IMG/VR virus record: IMGVR_UViG_3300043449_002450
Coordinates: 96,001-160,000 of that record
Source of the DNA: a virus
Length of the DNA stretch: 64,000 nt
Strand: one strand, 5' to 3'
Both the position numbers and the translations under genes were made by a program. The notes under the pieces are model-generated. The model saw only the letters and a program-made list of their open reading frames with translations, searched no databases and was not told the origin of the DNA. Of this stretch, positions 28,681-38,510 are shown piece after piece; position 1 is the first letter of the stretch, and each line of letters starts with the position of its first letter.

Positions 28681-29628
28681 ATGCCCCAGAATCTAGACCT
28701 ACAACCTATCACCCTTCCCATGGCGATCCGCTTCGGCGAGAAGCCCACAACCGAGTTTGTCAACAGCCTTGATGCACTCAAGCTCGAGCTTGTTGACGCT
28801 CCGGACCCCTACACCATTCGACAGGCTGTCTACTGCTTTGTCAAGTCGACCTGGGCTGACCAGCATGTTCCATTCCGCGATGCATCTGATGCTGATCTCT
28901 CGAAGACTCTTGAGGACGTCTTCGCAGGACGTGCTCTTCCTGCAGCGATGGAGCTGATCGGTCTCACCTTCCTCGTGGGTGGCATCGACACACAGACCGT
29001 GACTCACCTCATCCGCCACCGTGCAGGTTCCTTCGCAGCACAGTGCACCGGCGACCGTTGGCTCTCTCACGAGCGCAGCCTTGTTCCTGGTTCCATCCAG
29101 AACAGTCCGGAGTTCTATGCCCGGTGGCAGGCGCATGTCCAGGAGGCGAAGGAGCTCTACACAGACATGGTCGACTCCAAGCAGATCAGCCTGATGGATG
29201 CTCGCCACGTCCTTCCCAAGTGCCTTGAGACCTTCTACTACATGCGCATGAACATCCGTGACGCGTTTGGTTTCATCAAGCAGCGGCAGGATAAGCAGAT
29301 CCAGCCCGAGGAGGACAACATCCTCGCAGCTCTCATGGCCCGCGAGATCATCAAGATCTTCCCTGAGGCACACGTGGCGATCAACCTCCGCGAGCCTGCC
29401 TGGCACTACATCAAGACGTTTCGCAATGGCACGGGCACCAACCTCTACTGGCCTGATGAGGACAGTGAGAAGCACCTTACATACCACCCGAACGACACGA
29501 TCTACCAGGCAACTCGTGACGACATGAATGGCGCGGATGGCGGCGTCCCACACTTCCGCAAGCTCTGGAATGAGATCCTGTCTGACATCGACACTCTCGT
29601 TACTAACTACAAGAATAGCAAGGTATAA
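28681..29628 (+). CDS. Divergent ThyX-family flavoprotein (motif Ser replaced by Cys)
   Basis: HLIRHRAGSFAAQC, DARHVLP, MNIRDAFGFIKQR, extra C-terminal region. Confidence 0.75.
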   Translation: MPQNLDLQPITLPMAIRFGEKPTTEFVNSLDALKLELVDAPDPYTIRQAVYCFVKSTWADQHVPFRDASDADLSKTLEDVFAGRALPAAMELIGLTFLVGGIDTQTVTHLIRHRAGSFAAQCTGDRWLSHERSLVPGSIQNSPEFYARWQAHVQEAKELYTDMVDSKQISLMDARHVLPKCLETFYYMRMNIRDAFGFIKQRQDKQIQPEEDNILAALMAREIIKIFPEAHVAINLREPAWHYIKTFRNGTGTNLYWPDEDSEKHLTYHPNDTIYQATRDDMNGADGGVPHFRKLWNEILSDIDTLVTNYKNSKV

Positions 29629-29630
29629 CA

Positions 29631-30074
29631 ATGAATAACGTCTACATCGCAAGTGGCTGGTTCTCTCCTGAATGGCTCCAGGAGGTCGAGGACATCAAGA
29701 AGGTCCTCGAGGATCTCGACCTCGCTTACTTCTCTCCCAAGGACTATGCCATCGCAGAGGCTGACTCTTCGACTGACACCCAGAAGCAGATCTTTGACGG
29801 CAACGTCAAACACCTTGACACCTGTGACTGGATGGTCTGCAATACCCGCAATAAGGATATGGGATCGATCTGGGAGGCAGGTTATTTCTACAGTCTCAAC
29901 AAGCCCATCGTCTACTTCTGTGCAGGTCTACCACCGGGCGCCAAGTTTAATCTGATGCTTGCAGCAAGTGGTGTTGCTGTGTGCACATCCGTCCAGGACC
30001 TACGTGATTATCTTCGTCAGTGCAAGGAGGCAGGCAAGCTCTTGCCACGCACCTACGGCGGATTGATCGAGTAG
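29631..30074 (+). CDS. Nucleoside 2-deoxyribosyltransferase / nucleotide N-glycosidase family (DNPH1/MilB-like)
   Basis: VYIASGWF, FSP, IFDGN...L..CD, DMGSIWEAGY...NKP. Confidence 0.85.
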   Translation: MNNVYIASGWFSPEWLQEVEDIKKVLEDLDLAYFSPKDYAIAEADSSTDTQKQIFDGNVKHLDTCDWMVCNTRNKDMGSIWEAGYFYSLNKPIVYFCAGLPPGAKFNLMLAASGVAVCTSVQDLRDYLRQCKEAGKLLPRTYGGLIE

Positions 30075-30087
30075 CCTGCAGTAATGC

Positions 30088-30129
30088 TTCAAGCCTCACC
30101 AACGTGATAAATAGTTGGTGAGGCTTGAA
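30088..30129 (+). promoter_or_regulatory. 16-bp perfect hairpin with late promoter motif in the loop and SD in the 3' arm
   Basis: TTCAAGCCTCACCAAC-GTGATAAATA-GTTGGTGAGGCTTGAA. Confidence 0.75.
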
Positions 30130-30133
30130 CTAT

Positions 30134-30583
30134 ATGGATAGAATGATGATTAGGCGCATGGTTCTGAAAGAGATGCATGATCACATGGCGCATGCACATC
30201 ACAAGCACCGCCACCATGATGAAGAACACGATGATCATGAGGGGCGCGTCTTTCACCACAACGGAGCTGAGGCTGAGAGTGACATGATTCACTCCAATCT
30301 CTGGACTCTCAAGACACAGGCTTGTGATCTCTACGATATGATCGGAGATAGAGACGATCTTCCAGAGTGGGTCCAGGAGAAAATAGCTGTTGCTGGATCG
30401 ATGCTCGATTCAGTCTACGACTATCTTCACTATGAGTATCATGGCGAGGAAGAAGATAGACACGTTCACAGTGATAGAATTGCTTCTTTTGAGACAGGAC
30501 ACAACTTTGCTTCTGATGCTGATGTTTATGTCGCTCATTTAAATGAAAAGGCGTCGCGGCGCCTTCGCAGAAGAAGAGCCTGA
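30134..30583 (+). CDS. His-rich late protein
   Basis: IRRMVLKE leader, HDHMAHAHHKHRHHDEEHDDH, DDLPEWVQEKIA. Confidence 0.7.
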   Translation: MDRMMIRRMVLKEMHDHMAHAHHKHRHHDEEHDDHEGRVFHHNGAEAESDMIHSNLWTLKTQACDLYDMIGDRDDLPEWVQEKIAVAGSMLDSVYDYLHYEYHGEEEDRHVHSDRIASFETGHNFASDADVYVAHLNEKASRRLRRRRA

Positions 30584-30609
30584 ATGTGAATCCAGCCCAC
30601 GGTCGTGGG

Positions 30610-30637
30610 TGTAAAATAAGGCCACGGTGGCTATGAT
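30610..30637 (+). promoter_or_regulatory. Promoter TGTAAA-N16-TATGAT, leaderless start
   Basis: ATG 30644 lies 6 nt after the -10. Confidence 0.65.
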
Positions 30638-30643
30638 GTGAGC

Positions 30644-31624
30644 ATGAAAGTTCTCATTACTGGCCACCGTGGCTTTATAGCGTCTAATCTTCCAAGAGCA
30701 CTCGAGGATCTGGGTCATGAGGTCGTCGCTCCTCATGATATCCACCTGGACTTCAAAATCAAGTCAGGCGAGCATTGCGTCCACAGGAACTCTGAGGATC
30801 ATTGGGCGCGTGAGCTTGACTATCACGGCGTCGACGTTGTCATACACAACGCTGCGCTTGTTGGAACAGATGTTGTCGCGCTTAATCCCTCTGAGGCAAC
30901 ACTTTCTAACGTGACCGGGACATACAACATCTGTCGAGCTGCTGAAAAATCTGGTGCAGCTTTGCTCTATCTGGGCACAACTGTGATCTATGACACAGAT
31001 CGCTATCAAGATGTTGAGATCACTGAGCGATCCTCGCACGGCCCGCAGACGCTTTACGGTTCTCTGAAACTGGCAGGCGAGCACATCGTCCGCGCACACA
31101 GCACGAGGTGGTCGATCGTCCGCCCGCTCTTCTGCTACGGCGGCGTAGGTGACAACAACTCACTGATCGCGAAGGGGTTCTTTGGTGCTGCCAGCGGCAA
31201 GGAGAAGATCGACATGTTCCTCGATCCGAAGAAGATCAAGGACTACATGCGCGTGGAGGACTTCTGCGATGCTGTGGCAACTGTCGTGGACAAGGAGCTC
31301 TGGAACGATGACTGGAACGTCGCAGCGGAGACGCCTGAGAACACGGGCAAGATCGTCGAGATGATGAGCGAGATCTCGTGCAAGGATCTAAAGGGTGTGG
31401 TAAAATGGCACCCAGGAACCGACTACTTGGGTAACCATCGTCTAAGCTCACAGAAGTTCAGGGATGCATCTGGTTGGTCTCCAAAGTTCGACCTATATGG
31501 TGGCTTGAAAAAGTCATGGAATGACATCCAGCGCAATCTGGGTTCAACGGATTACAATCCCCTCCGCTACCTGGAAGATGCCAAGAAGCGCGGCCTTGAT
31601 CTCACACAATTCTTCAACCGGTGA
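30644..31624 (+). CDS. NAD-dependent nucleotide-sugar epimerase/dehydratase (extended SDR)
   Basis: ITGHRGFIAS, HNAA, NVTGT, YGSLK, KDYM.VED. Confidence 0.85.
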   Translation: MKVLITGHRGFIASNLPRALEDLGHEVVAPHDIHLDFKIKSGEHCVHRNSEDHWARELDYHGVDVVIHNAALVGTDVVALNPSEATLSNVTGTYNICRAAEKSGAALLYLGTTVIYDTDRYQDVEITERSSHGPQTLYGSLKLAGEHIVRAHSTRWSIVRPLFCYGGVGDNNSLIAKGFFGAASGKEKIDMFLDPKKIKDYMRVEDFCDAVATVVDKELWNDDWNVAAETPENTGKIVEMMSEISCKDLKGVVKWHPGTDYLGNHRLSSQKFRDASGWSPKFDLYGGLKKSWNDIQRNLGSTDYNPLRYLEDAKKRGLDLTQFFNR

Positions 31625-31630
31625 AATAAC

Positions 31631-34600
31631 ATGAGTATCATTCGACCTCCGGATCGGTTTGTGGGCCTCCATGCCCACTCCGGTTTCTCGACCATGGACG
31701 GCCTCGGCTATCCTGCCCAGCACATTGACTTTGTGCTGAAGAACGGCATGGATGCCTGGGCACTGACAGACCACGGCAACGGCAGCGGTCTTGCCCACGC
31801 TCAGTCACACGCTAAGAAGATGAAGAAGGCTGGCCAGAAGTATCGCCAGCTGAACGGCGTGGAGTTCTACTTTGTCCCATCGTTGAAGAACTGGGCAGAT
31901 CAGTATCAAGATCACAAGGACGCTGTCGCTGCCGCTCGTTCTGAGAAGAAGGCGAAGGAGGCGACCGACATCGATGCTGATGATGAGGCAGGTGCAGGTC
32001 ACATCATCGAGAACGAGGACGAGACCAAGGACGCTTCTGCGCTGTCTGTCAAGGATGATGAGTGGAAGCGTCGTTATCACCTTGTCGTCATTGCCAAGAA
32101 CAAGCAGGGCCTGTCCAACCTCTTCACTCTTGTCAAGCGGTCCTTCAAGGAGGGGTATTACCGGTTCCCGCGCATCGACTTTGATATGCTTAAGGAGCAC
32201 GGCGAAGGCCTCGTCGTCTCGACAGCATGCATCGGCGGAATCATGTCCAACCGCGTCCTCCGCGGCCAGGCAATGCAGAAGTCTGATGCTGAGATCCAGC
32301 GTGATCTCAAGAACCTGACAGATCGATTTGTCGATGCGGTCGGCCTTGAGAACTTCAACCTCGAGATCCAGTTCAATAAGCTGCAGGCACAGCACGATGT
32401 CAACCGCCATCTGATCCAACTGCACAAGAGCACAGGTGTCCCGCTGGTTGCAACTTGCGACAGCCACTATCCTACACCCGACAAGTGGAAGACCCGTGAG
32501 CTCTACAAGAAGCTGGCGTGGATGAATGCCAAGGAGGAGCCCAAGCCCCTCCCAGCTTTCGATGAGCTGAAGTGTGAGCTCTACCCGAAGAACGCCGAGC
32601 AGATGTGGGAGGAGTTCAACCGCCACACCGATGACTATGCCTTCTACAAGGGCAACGAGGAGCTGGTCCGCGATGCGATCGAGCGGACCCATGACATCGC
32701 CTGGCAGCAGTGTGAGGACGTCTGGGTTGACACGGGAGCAAAGCTTCCTGTGTTCGCAACTCCCGAGAAGAGCGAGTTCCAGCAGCTTCTGGATCTCGTC
32801 AAGGAACGGATGATCGATATCGGCCTGCACGAGAAGCCGGAGTATGTTGAGCGTGTGAAAGAAGAGCTCTCAGACATCAAGCATCTGGGACATGCCTCTT
32901 ACTTCCTCACGATGTATAAGATCTTCCATCGTGCAGAGCAAAAGACTCTCCTCGGGCCAGGCCGTGGATCTGCTCCTGGTTCTCTCGTCAACTACATCCT
33001 CGGGATTACACAGATTGATCCGCTTCCGTTCGGTCTCCTCTGGAATCGCTTCCTTGGTCGGCATCGTGTGTCTTGGCCTGATATTGACTCCGATGCTGGT
33101 GATCGTGACGTTCTTATTGACGCGGCACGTGAGCTCTTCGGTGACGATGCTGTCATTCCCGTCTCCAACTTCAACACCCTGAAGCTGAAGTCGCTGGTGA
33201 AGGACGTCGCGAAGTTCTTCAATGTTCCGTTCGATGAGGTCAATGCGGTCACTGGTCCGCTCCAGGATGAGGTCATGCCACATGCTAAGGATGATGACCA
33301 GGAGAAATCGGTCTTCGTTCTGAAGCATGATGACTGCATGAAGTATTCTCCAAAATACAAGGCCTTCATGGAGAAATACCCGGAGGTGGAGGAGCACGTT
33401 AATGCGCTCTTCATGGAGAACCGATCGATCGGCCGTCACGCTGGCGGCGTCCTCGTTGCAGAACCCAAGGCGTTGGCCGAAGGCATGCCCATCATCGGTG
33501 TTCGCGGTGAATTGCAGACACCGTGGACAGAAGGTATGAACTTCCGCAACCTGGAGGATAACGGCTTCCTCAAGTTCGACTTCCTCGGCCTAACACTGCT
33601 CAAGGACGTAGAGAACTGCATCAAGCGGATCCTAATTGGGCAAGGTAATCCTGAGCCGACATTCCTTCAAATCAAGGAGTTCTTTGACCAGAATCTTAAT
33701 TGCCGAACGGTCAATCAAGACGATCCTGAAGTTTGGAAGCATGTGTATCATGACGGACGATTTGTCGGTGTCTTCCAGTTCACAGCGGACGGTGCAAGGC
33801 GGTTCTGCTTGGATGCAAAGCCGACAAACATCGGCGAGCTGGCGGCTCTAACTGCAATCTATCGGCCAGGTCCGCTGAAGGCGAACGTTCACAAGCTCTA
33901 TGTCAAGGCCAAGAAGGATGCCGACAACATCAAGTATGACCATCCAGTCATCCAGGAAGTGCTAGGGCCCACGTTTGGTTACGTCGTCTTCCAGGAGCAG
34001 TTCATGATGCTGGCCCAAAAGCTAGCAGGGTTCTCTCCTGGCGAGGCTGACCAACTCCGCAAGACTCTTGTCAAGAAATCGCTGGACACGCTGGGCAAGA
34101 AGTCTTCTGAGAAGGAGGCTGCACGGAAGCAGTTCATCGACGGTGCGCTTGCTCTGCACGGTGTGCCCGAGAAGGTGACAGGACCGCTATGGGATACGAT
34201 CGAGGCGTTCTCGGTATACGGCTTCAACAAGTCACACTCGGTCTCCTACGCGATCGATTCCTACTACGCAGCATGGTTGCACACCCACTATGAGAAGGAG
34301 TGGCTGGCAACAATCCTACAGTCTGAGACCGGTAATCCCAAGGGCATCGCAAAGGCCATTGCAGAGATCAAGCAGATCGGTTACAAGTTCGCGCAAGTCG
34401 ACATTAACTACTCGGGTCTCGAATGGCAATACTCTGAGGAGGCACAGGCATTCGTTGCGCCCCTTACCTCGGTCAAGGGGCTAGGTGATGCGGCAGTTGC
34501 CGAGATCTTCCAGAATCGTCCTTACCGCGGTCTTGATGATCTATTCTTCGATGAGGAAGGTGAGTGGCGTCACTCCAAGCTGAACAAGGGTTGCCTTGAG

Positions 34601-35197
34601 TCTCTAGTTCTTGTTGAAGGTTTCGGTTCTCTCAAGGAAATGCGAGATGGCACACTCAAGAATCACAACCAGCTCCACAACCTGCTGTCTTCAAACTATG
34701 ATGCCCTTCGCAAGGGTCGCATGGGCATGACCAAGACTGCTGCCAAAAAATACGAGAAAGAACACGGGACCAAGCCAGATGCACTTTCGATGATGATCCC
34801 TGAGGTAAATCATATCGAGGACTGGACGAGAACACAGAAGATCGCAAACATCGTGGAGGTCTTGTCCTCTGCGCCAGAGGATCTGATCTTCCCGCCCGAC
34901 ATCATGCGCAAGGTTAAGAAGTCACAGGTTCAGGCGCTTTATGACCTCGAACCCGGAGAGCCAGGCATCGTATGGTTCTGCGCCACAGCAGTGACCAAGA
35001 AGGTGACCAAGAATAATAAACAGTTCTATGTGTTCGATACAGTTGATGATCAGAGCCGCACTATTCGACTTCGTGTTTGGGGACAGTTCAAGACCGAGCC
35101 TGAGCCCTACACGATCTGGATGGCTGAGGCTGAACGTGATCCAAATTGGGGACCTTCAACAATGGCATCTAAACTTCGGCGTGTGGAGACAAAGTGA
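31631..35197 (+). CDS. dnaE: DNA polymerase III alpha subunit
   Basis: PHP domain HAHS..S..DG, TDHG; GPGRGSA, PDIDSD, GRHAGG, KFDFLGL, RPGP, YGFNKSH. Confidence 0.95.
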   Translation: MSIIRPPDRFVGLHAHSGFSTMDGLGYPAQHIDFVLKNGMDAWALTDHGNGSGLAHAQSHAKKMKKAGQKYRQLNGVEFYFVPSLKNWADQYQDHKDAVAAARSEKKAKEATDIDADDEAGAGHIIENEDETKDASALSVKDDEWKRRYHLVVIAKNKQGLSNLFTLVKRSFKEGYYRFPRIDFDMLKEHGEGLVVSTACIGGIMSNRVLRGQAMQKSDAEIQRDLKNLTDRFVDAVGLENFNLEIQFNKLQAQHDVNRHLIQLHKSTGVPLVATCDSHYPTPDKWKTRELYKKLAWMNAKEEPKPLPAFDELKCELYPKNAEQMWEEFNRHTDDYAFYKGNEELVRDAIERTHDIAWQQCEDVWVDTGAKLPVFATPEKSEFQQLLDLVKERMIDIGLHEKPEYVERVKEELSDIKHLGHASYFLTMYKIFHRAEQKTLLGPGRGSAPGSLVNYILGITQIDPLPFGLLWNRFLGRHRVSWPDIDSDAGDRDVLIDAARELFGDDAVIPVSNFNTLKLKSLVKDVAKFFNVPFDEVNAVTGPLQDEVMPHAKDDDQEKSVFVLKHDDCMKYSPKYKAFMEKYPEVEEHVNALFMENRSIGRHAGGVLVAEPKALAEGMPIIGVRGELQTPWTEGMNFRNLEDNGFLKFDFLGLTLLKDVENCIKRILIGQGNPEPTFLQIKEFFDQNLNCRTVNQDDPEVWKHVYHDGRFVGVFQFTADGARRFCLDAKPTNIGELAALTAIYRPGPLKANVHKLYVKAKKDADNIKYDHPVIQEVLGPTFGYVVFQEQFMMLAQKLAGFSPGEADQLRKTLVKKSLDTLGKKSSEKEAARKQFIDGALALHGVPEKVTGPLWDTIEAFSVYGFNKSHSVSYAIDSYYAAWLHTHYEKEWLATILQSETGNPKGIAKAIAEIKQIGYKFAQVDINYSGLEWQYSEEAQAFVAPLTSVKGLGDAAVAEIFQNRPYRGLDDLFFDEEGEWRHSKLNKGCLESLVLVEGFGSLKEMRDGTLKNHNQLHNLLSSNYDALRKGRMGMTKTAAKKYEKEHGTKPDALSMMIPEVNHIEDWTRTQKIANIVEVLSSAPEDLIFPPDIMRKVKKSQVQALYDLEPGEPGIVWFCATAVTKKVTKNNKQFYVFDTVDDQSRTIRLRVWGQFKTEPEPYTIWMAEAERDPNWGPSTMASKLRRVETK

Positions 35198-36102
35198 TTC
35201 AATTCGATCTTCGTAGCGTGACAATCGAGGGGCCAGACTGCTCAGGCAAGTCAACCCTCTATTATGGGATTCATAAGCTCACAAACTTCAAGTGGAACAT
35301 CCAGGATAGAAGCACATTGTCCATGCTCTGCTACGCGAAGATGTATGGGCGCGATGTGTCTGTCTGGCGCAGGCTTCTTGATGAGGAACTGAAAGTCATC
35401 AATAATGCTGTCATTGTCCTCTTGCCAGAGCCTGATGATCTTGTCCAGCGGTTGCGCACTCGAGGTGATGACTTCCAGGACGAGGAATCTATCGTTCGCC
35501 TCCTGCAGATATTTGAAGAGGAGACGGATAAGATCAAAGGTTATCCTAACGTCAAGGTCATAAGGGCCTTGCCAGATCCTGCTAAGGTTGTTAGCTGGTT
35601 GCAATCGCGCGAGCACCTCACATATTCTGATATCGCTCGTGACATCGAAGCTCATGCTGATGGGACAATCAAGCAGGAAACGACACTACTCAGAGCTTTC
35701 TGGCTTGACTCACACTTCGAGACGTTGGATGAGGCAGCTCTTCACTATGAGCATGAGATCGAGTATTACAATGAGACCAGAGCCAAGCTGATTAGGAAGA
35801 TCAATGATGAGCTTGTAGGTAATAATGAATATAAGCGCCCACAGGATCTAAAGTCCCGTCGCTTTATACTGACGCAGGACACATGCATATCTTATGTCCA
35901 TTTTTTGGTTAGAGATGACTTTGTAATATGCAGCTCGACTGTGAGGTCATCTGAGTGCAGTCAGACGTTCCACAGAGATATTCATTTTATCGCCGATCTT
36001 GCACGCGTGTTCAAGAACATGCTCAACCTCAGCCCTAAGATGCCTGTCTCATTTTCTTTGACCATGGACTCGGCACATATTATCCGCAGCGCTGTAAGAT
36101 AG
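35194..36102 (+). CDS. dNMP kinase fused to a minimal thymidylate-synthase-fold domain
   Basis: EGPDCSGKST and DRS in the N-terminal half; SRR...C.SYVHF.VR...RSSE.......D...SAHI in the C-terminal half. Confidence 0.75.
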   Translation: MIQFDLRSVTIEGPDCSGKSTLYYGIHKLTNFKWNIQDRSTLSMLCYAKMYGRDVSVWRRLLDEELKVINNAVIVLLPEPDDLVQRLRTRGDDFQDEESIVRLLQIFEEETDKIKGYPNVKVIRALPDPAKVVSWLQSREHLTYSDIARDIEAHADGTIKQETTLLRAFWLDSHFETLDEAALHYEHEIEYYNETRAKLIRKINDELVGNNEYKRPQDLKSRRFILTQDTCISYVHFLVRDDFVICSSTVRSSECSQTFHRDIHFIADLARVFKNMLNLSPKMPVSFSLTMDSAHIIRSAVR

Positions 36103-36117
36103 CGCTTTGGAGGGAGT

Positions 36118-37104
36118 ATGTCTAGAGTTTTAGTAACAGGTGGTGCAGGATTCATAGGCTCACACCTGGTTGATGGCCTCGTGAGTCAAGGGTATAAGGT
36201 TGACGTCGTCGATGATCTCAGATCTGGTGATCTTGGCAATCTATCCAACCACACCTATAGAACAGTGCCAGGAATGCTGATAGACCAGCTTGATATTAAT
36301 TTGAAGCTAGACACTCCCATTCGTGTCATCATGGATGATTTTGCTTCTAATGCTGTGCTGAATAGAATTGCGTCAGGAAAGTATGATGTAATATTTCATC
36401 TTGCTGCAGAACCAAGCGTGCCGTTCTCAGTAGAGTGGCCCGCACTTACAACTGATGAGAACTTTTCTAAATATGTTAAATTGCTTACGGCCGCTCGTGG
36501 TAATACTAGCAGAGTAGTTTTTGCATCGTCAGCTGCTGTCTATGGTGATATAAAGCAGCTTCCCATACATGAAGATCTTCCTACCAAGCCTGTGAGTCCT
36601 TATGGACTACAGAAAAAGATGGGTGAGGAGATGGGTGAGATGTTTAGCGATCTTTATAAACTTGATGTTGTCTCGTTAAGGTTTTTTAACGTCTTTGGTC
36701 CACGACAAAAAGGAGCAGGTGCTTATGCAAATGCCATATCATCTTGGTGCTGCGCTGCGTTTGAGAATAGACCACTAAGATCAGATGGCACAGGTGACCA
36801 GACACGTGATCTTTGCTACGTCGGTGAGATAGTGAATGCTTGCATAGCAGCTGGGAGATATACAGGAAAGTTTGCAGGTGAAAAGATCAATGTTTGCACA
36901 GGCACACAGAGAAGCAACAACTCTATCCTTAAGTTCTTTCTTGACCGACATGATAGTTTAAAGATTACAAGCTCACCCAAGCGCCCAGGCGACGTCGATC
37001 ATATTCTAGGATCAGATATCAAGATGCGAAAATACTTAGGAGATTGTGCTACACTAAGCTTTGACGAAGCACTCGATATAACTTTAAAGAGTTGGGGTCT
37101 GTAA
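36118..37104 (+). CDS. NAD-dependent epimerase (UDP-glucose 4-epimerase-like SDR)
   Basis: VTGGAGFIGSH, HLAA, ASSAAVYG, SPYGLQK, LRFFNVFGP, QTRD, RPGD. Confidence 0.9.
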   Translation: MSRVLVTGGAGFIGSHLVDGLVSQGYKVDVVDDLRSGDLGNLSNHTYRTVPGMLIDQLDINLKLDTPIRVIMDDFASNAVLNRIASGKYDVIFHLAAEPSVPFSVEWPALTTDENFSKYVKLLTAARGNTSRVVFASSAAVYGDIKQLPIHEDLPTKPVSPYGLQKKMGEEMGEMFSDLYKLDVVSLRFFNVFGPRQKGAGAYANAISSWCCAAFENRPLRSDGTGDQTRDLCYVGEIVNACIAAGRYTGKFAGEKINVCTGTQRSNNSILKFFLDRHDSLKITSSPKRPGDVDHILGSDIKMRKYLGDCATLSFDEALDITLKSWGL

Positions 37105-37655
37105 TGAGTTCACCAAGATTTGTTATTTATTGCGGTCCAATGATGAGCTCTAAGACGACTCGTCTCATTGCTGCAATCGAGAGATATCGTTTTAAGAACA
37201 AGAAGGTATTCTCCTTCAAGCCCAAGCTTGACAGTCGATATACGCCTGACGAGATCTGCACACATAGCGGCAGCAAGATTAACGCAAGAGTTATCACAAG
37301 CGGAAGCGACATCACAAAATGTGTCATGTTTGATGAGCCTGATGTCATTGCTGTCGATGAAGCATTCATGATTGATGGCGTCGCTGAGGCACTAATAGAT
37401 GCTTACAGGCGTGGTGTTACCGTGCTGGTGTCTACGATTGAGCTGTCCTCATCTTGCAATGTCTTTGCTGAAGTGGAGAAGATGCTACCCTGGGCGACAG
37501 AGATTGAGAAGTGCACTGCAGTTTGCGTCGTATGCGGAGAAGATGCACAATACACCCATCGGAAGGTTGATAATCTGGGAGAGATCGCCGTCGGAGGCGC
37601 AGAGTTATATGAACCGAGATGCTGGTTGCATCATGCAACGGCACGCCTCCAGTAG
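37104..37655 (+). CDS. tdk: Thymidine kinase
   Basis: GPMMSSKTT, DSRY, THSG, VDEAF, CxxC, VGG.E.YEPRC. Confidence 0.9.
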   Translation: MSSPRFVIYCGPMMSSKTTRLIAAIERYRFKNKKVFSFKPKLDSRYTPDEICTHSGSKINARVITSGSDITKCVMFDEPDVIAVDEAFMIDGVAEALIDAYRRGVTVLVSTIELSSSCNVFAEVEKMLPWATEIEKCTAVCVVCGEDAQYTHRKVDNLGEIAVGGAELYEPRCWLHHATARLQ

Positions 37656-37676
37656 TATAATTGAGCTAGGGCAGTC

Positions 37677-38510
37677 ATGATCGATCCAAACAGCGTCAAT
37701 CTGGTTATCTACCACGCATCTTGCACTGATGGATTTGGTGCTGCTTATGCAGCATGGAAGCTCCTTGGTGACAGAGCTGAGTATCACGCAGCGAAATACG
37801 GCGAATCGCCACCTGACGTCAAGGGCAAAAATGTAGTTGTCCTTGACTTCTCTTATGATAATTCGACAACAAAGAAGCTTATGAAGGAAGCCAAAAGCTT
37901 CTTTATCCTTGATCATCACAAGTCAGCAATGGTCGAGCTTCACGACATTACTTGCACACATTTTGATATGAACCACAGCGGTGCAATGCTATCATGGAAG
38001 TTCTTCCATCCGGGCAAGGAAGCGCCTCGCATGATTAAGTTCATCGAGGACCGCGACCTCTGGAAGTGGGACATTCCATATTCGAAGGAGTTCTCTGCTG
38101 CCTTTGACATGGTGCCTTATGACTTTGAAGAGTTTGACAAATATCTTGATGACTCTGCAGTCGATGATGCTCAGGAGCGAGGTGCTTACATCCTTGCTTA
38201 TTCCAAGACGGTCATCTCCAAGATCGCGAAGCACGCTGCACCACGCAGATTAGCCGGTAAAGACGTCCTGGTCGTCAATTCACCACACTGGATGTCAGAG
38301 ATTGGCAACGCGCTCTCCCCTAAGTGTGACTTCGCCGTGATCTGGTTCTATGACCATGATACACGCCAAGTGAAGGTGAGTCTCAGAGCACATCATGACG
38401 ACTCCGACGTGAGTGAGGTCGCGAAGAAGTTCGGCGGTGGGGGACACCGGAAGGCAGCAGGTTTTAGTCTACCAACAAACGTCAGTATCGAAACAATCTT
38501 TGACAAGTGA
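37677..38510 (+). CDS. DHH/DHHA1 phosphoesterase
   Basis: YH..CTDG, LDFS, DHH, SGA, DRDLW, SLR, GGGH. Confidence 0.88.
   Translation: MIDPNSVNLVIYHASCTDGFGAAYAAWKLLGDRAEYHAAKYGESPPDVKGKNVVVLDFSYDNSTTKKLMKEAKSFFILDHHKSAMVELHDITCTHFDMNHSGAMLSWKFFHPGKEAPRMIKFIEDRDLWKWDIPYSKEFSAAFDMVPYDFEEFDKYLDDSAVDDAQERGAYILAYSKTVISKIAKHAAPRRLAGKDVLVVNSPHWMSEIGNALSPKCDFAVIWFYDHDTRQVKVSLRAHHDDSDVSEVAKKFGGGGHRKAAGFSLPTNVSIETIFDK

Noticed and set aside
28699-29652. 317-aa antisense ORF over the ThyX-like gene
   Set aside because: Mirror of strong C-ending codon bias on the + strand; no motifs or RBS.
31805-33439. Long antisense ORFs (341 and 189 aa) inside dnaE
   Set aside because: Same codon-bias shadow; dnaE is intact and there is no independent signal.
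21557-35197. Inteins or introns in nrdJ and dnaE
   Set aside because: Lengths are normal, motifs are contiguous, and no intein ends or LAGLIDADG motifs were seen.
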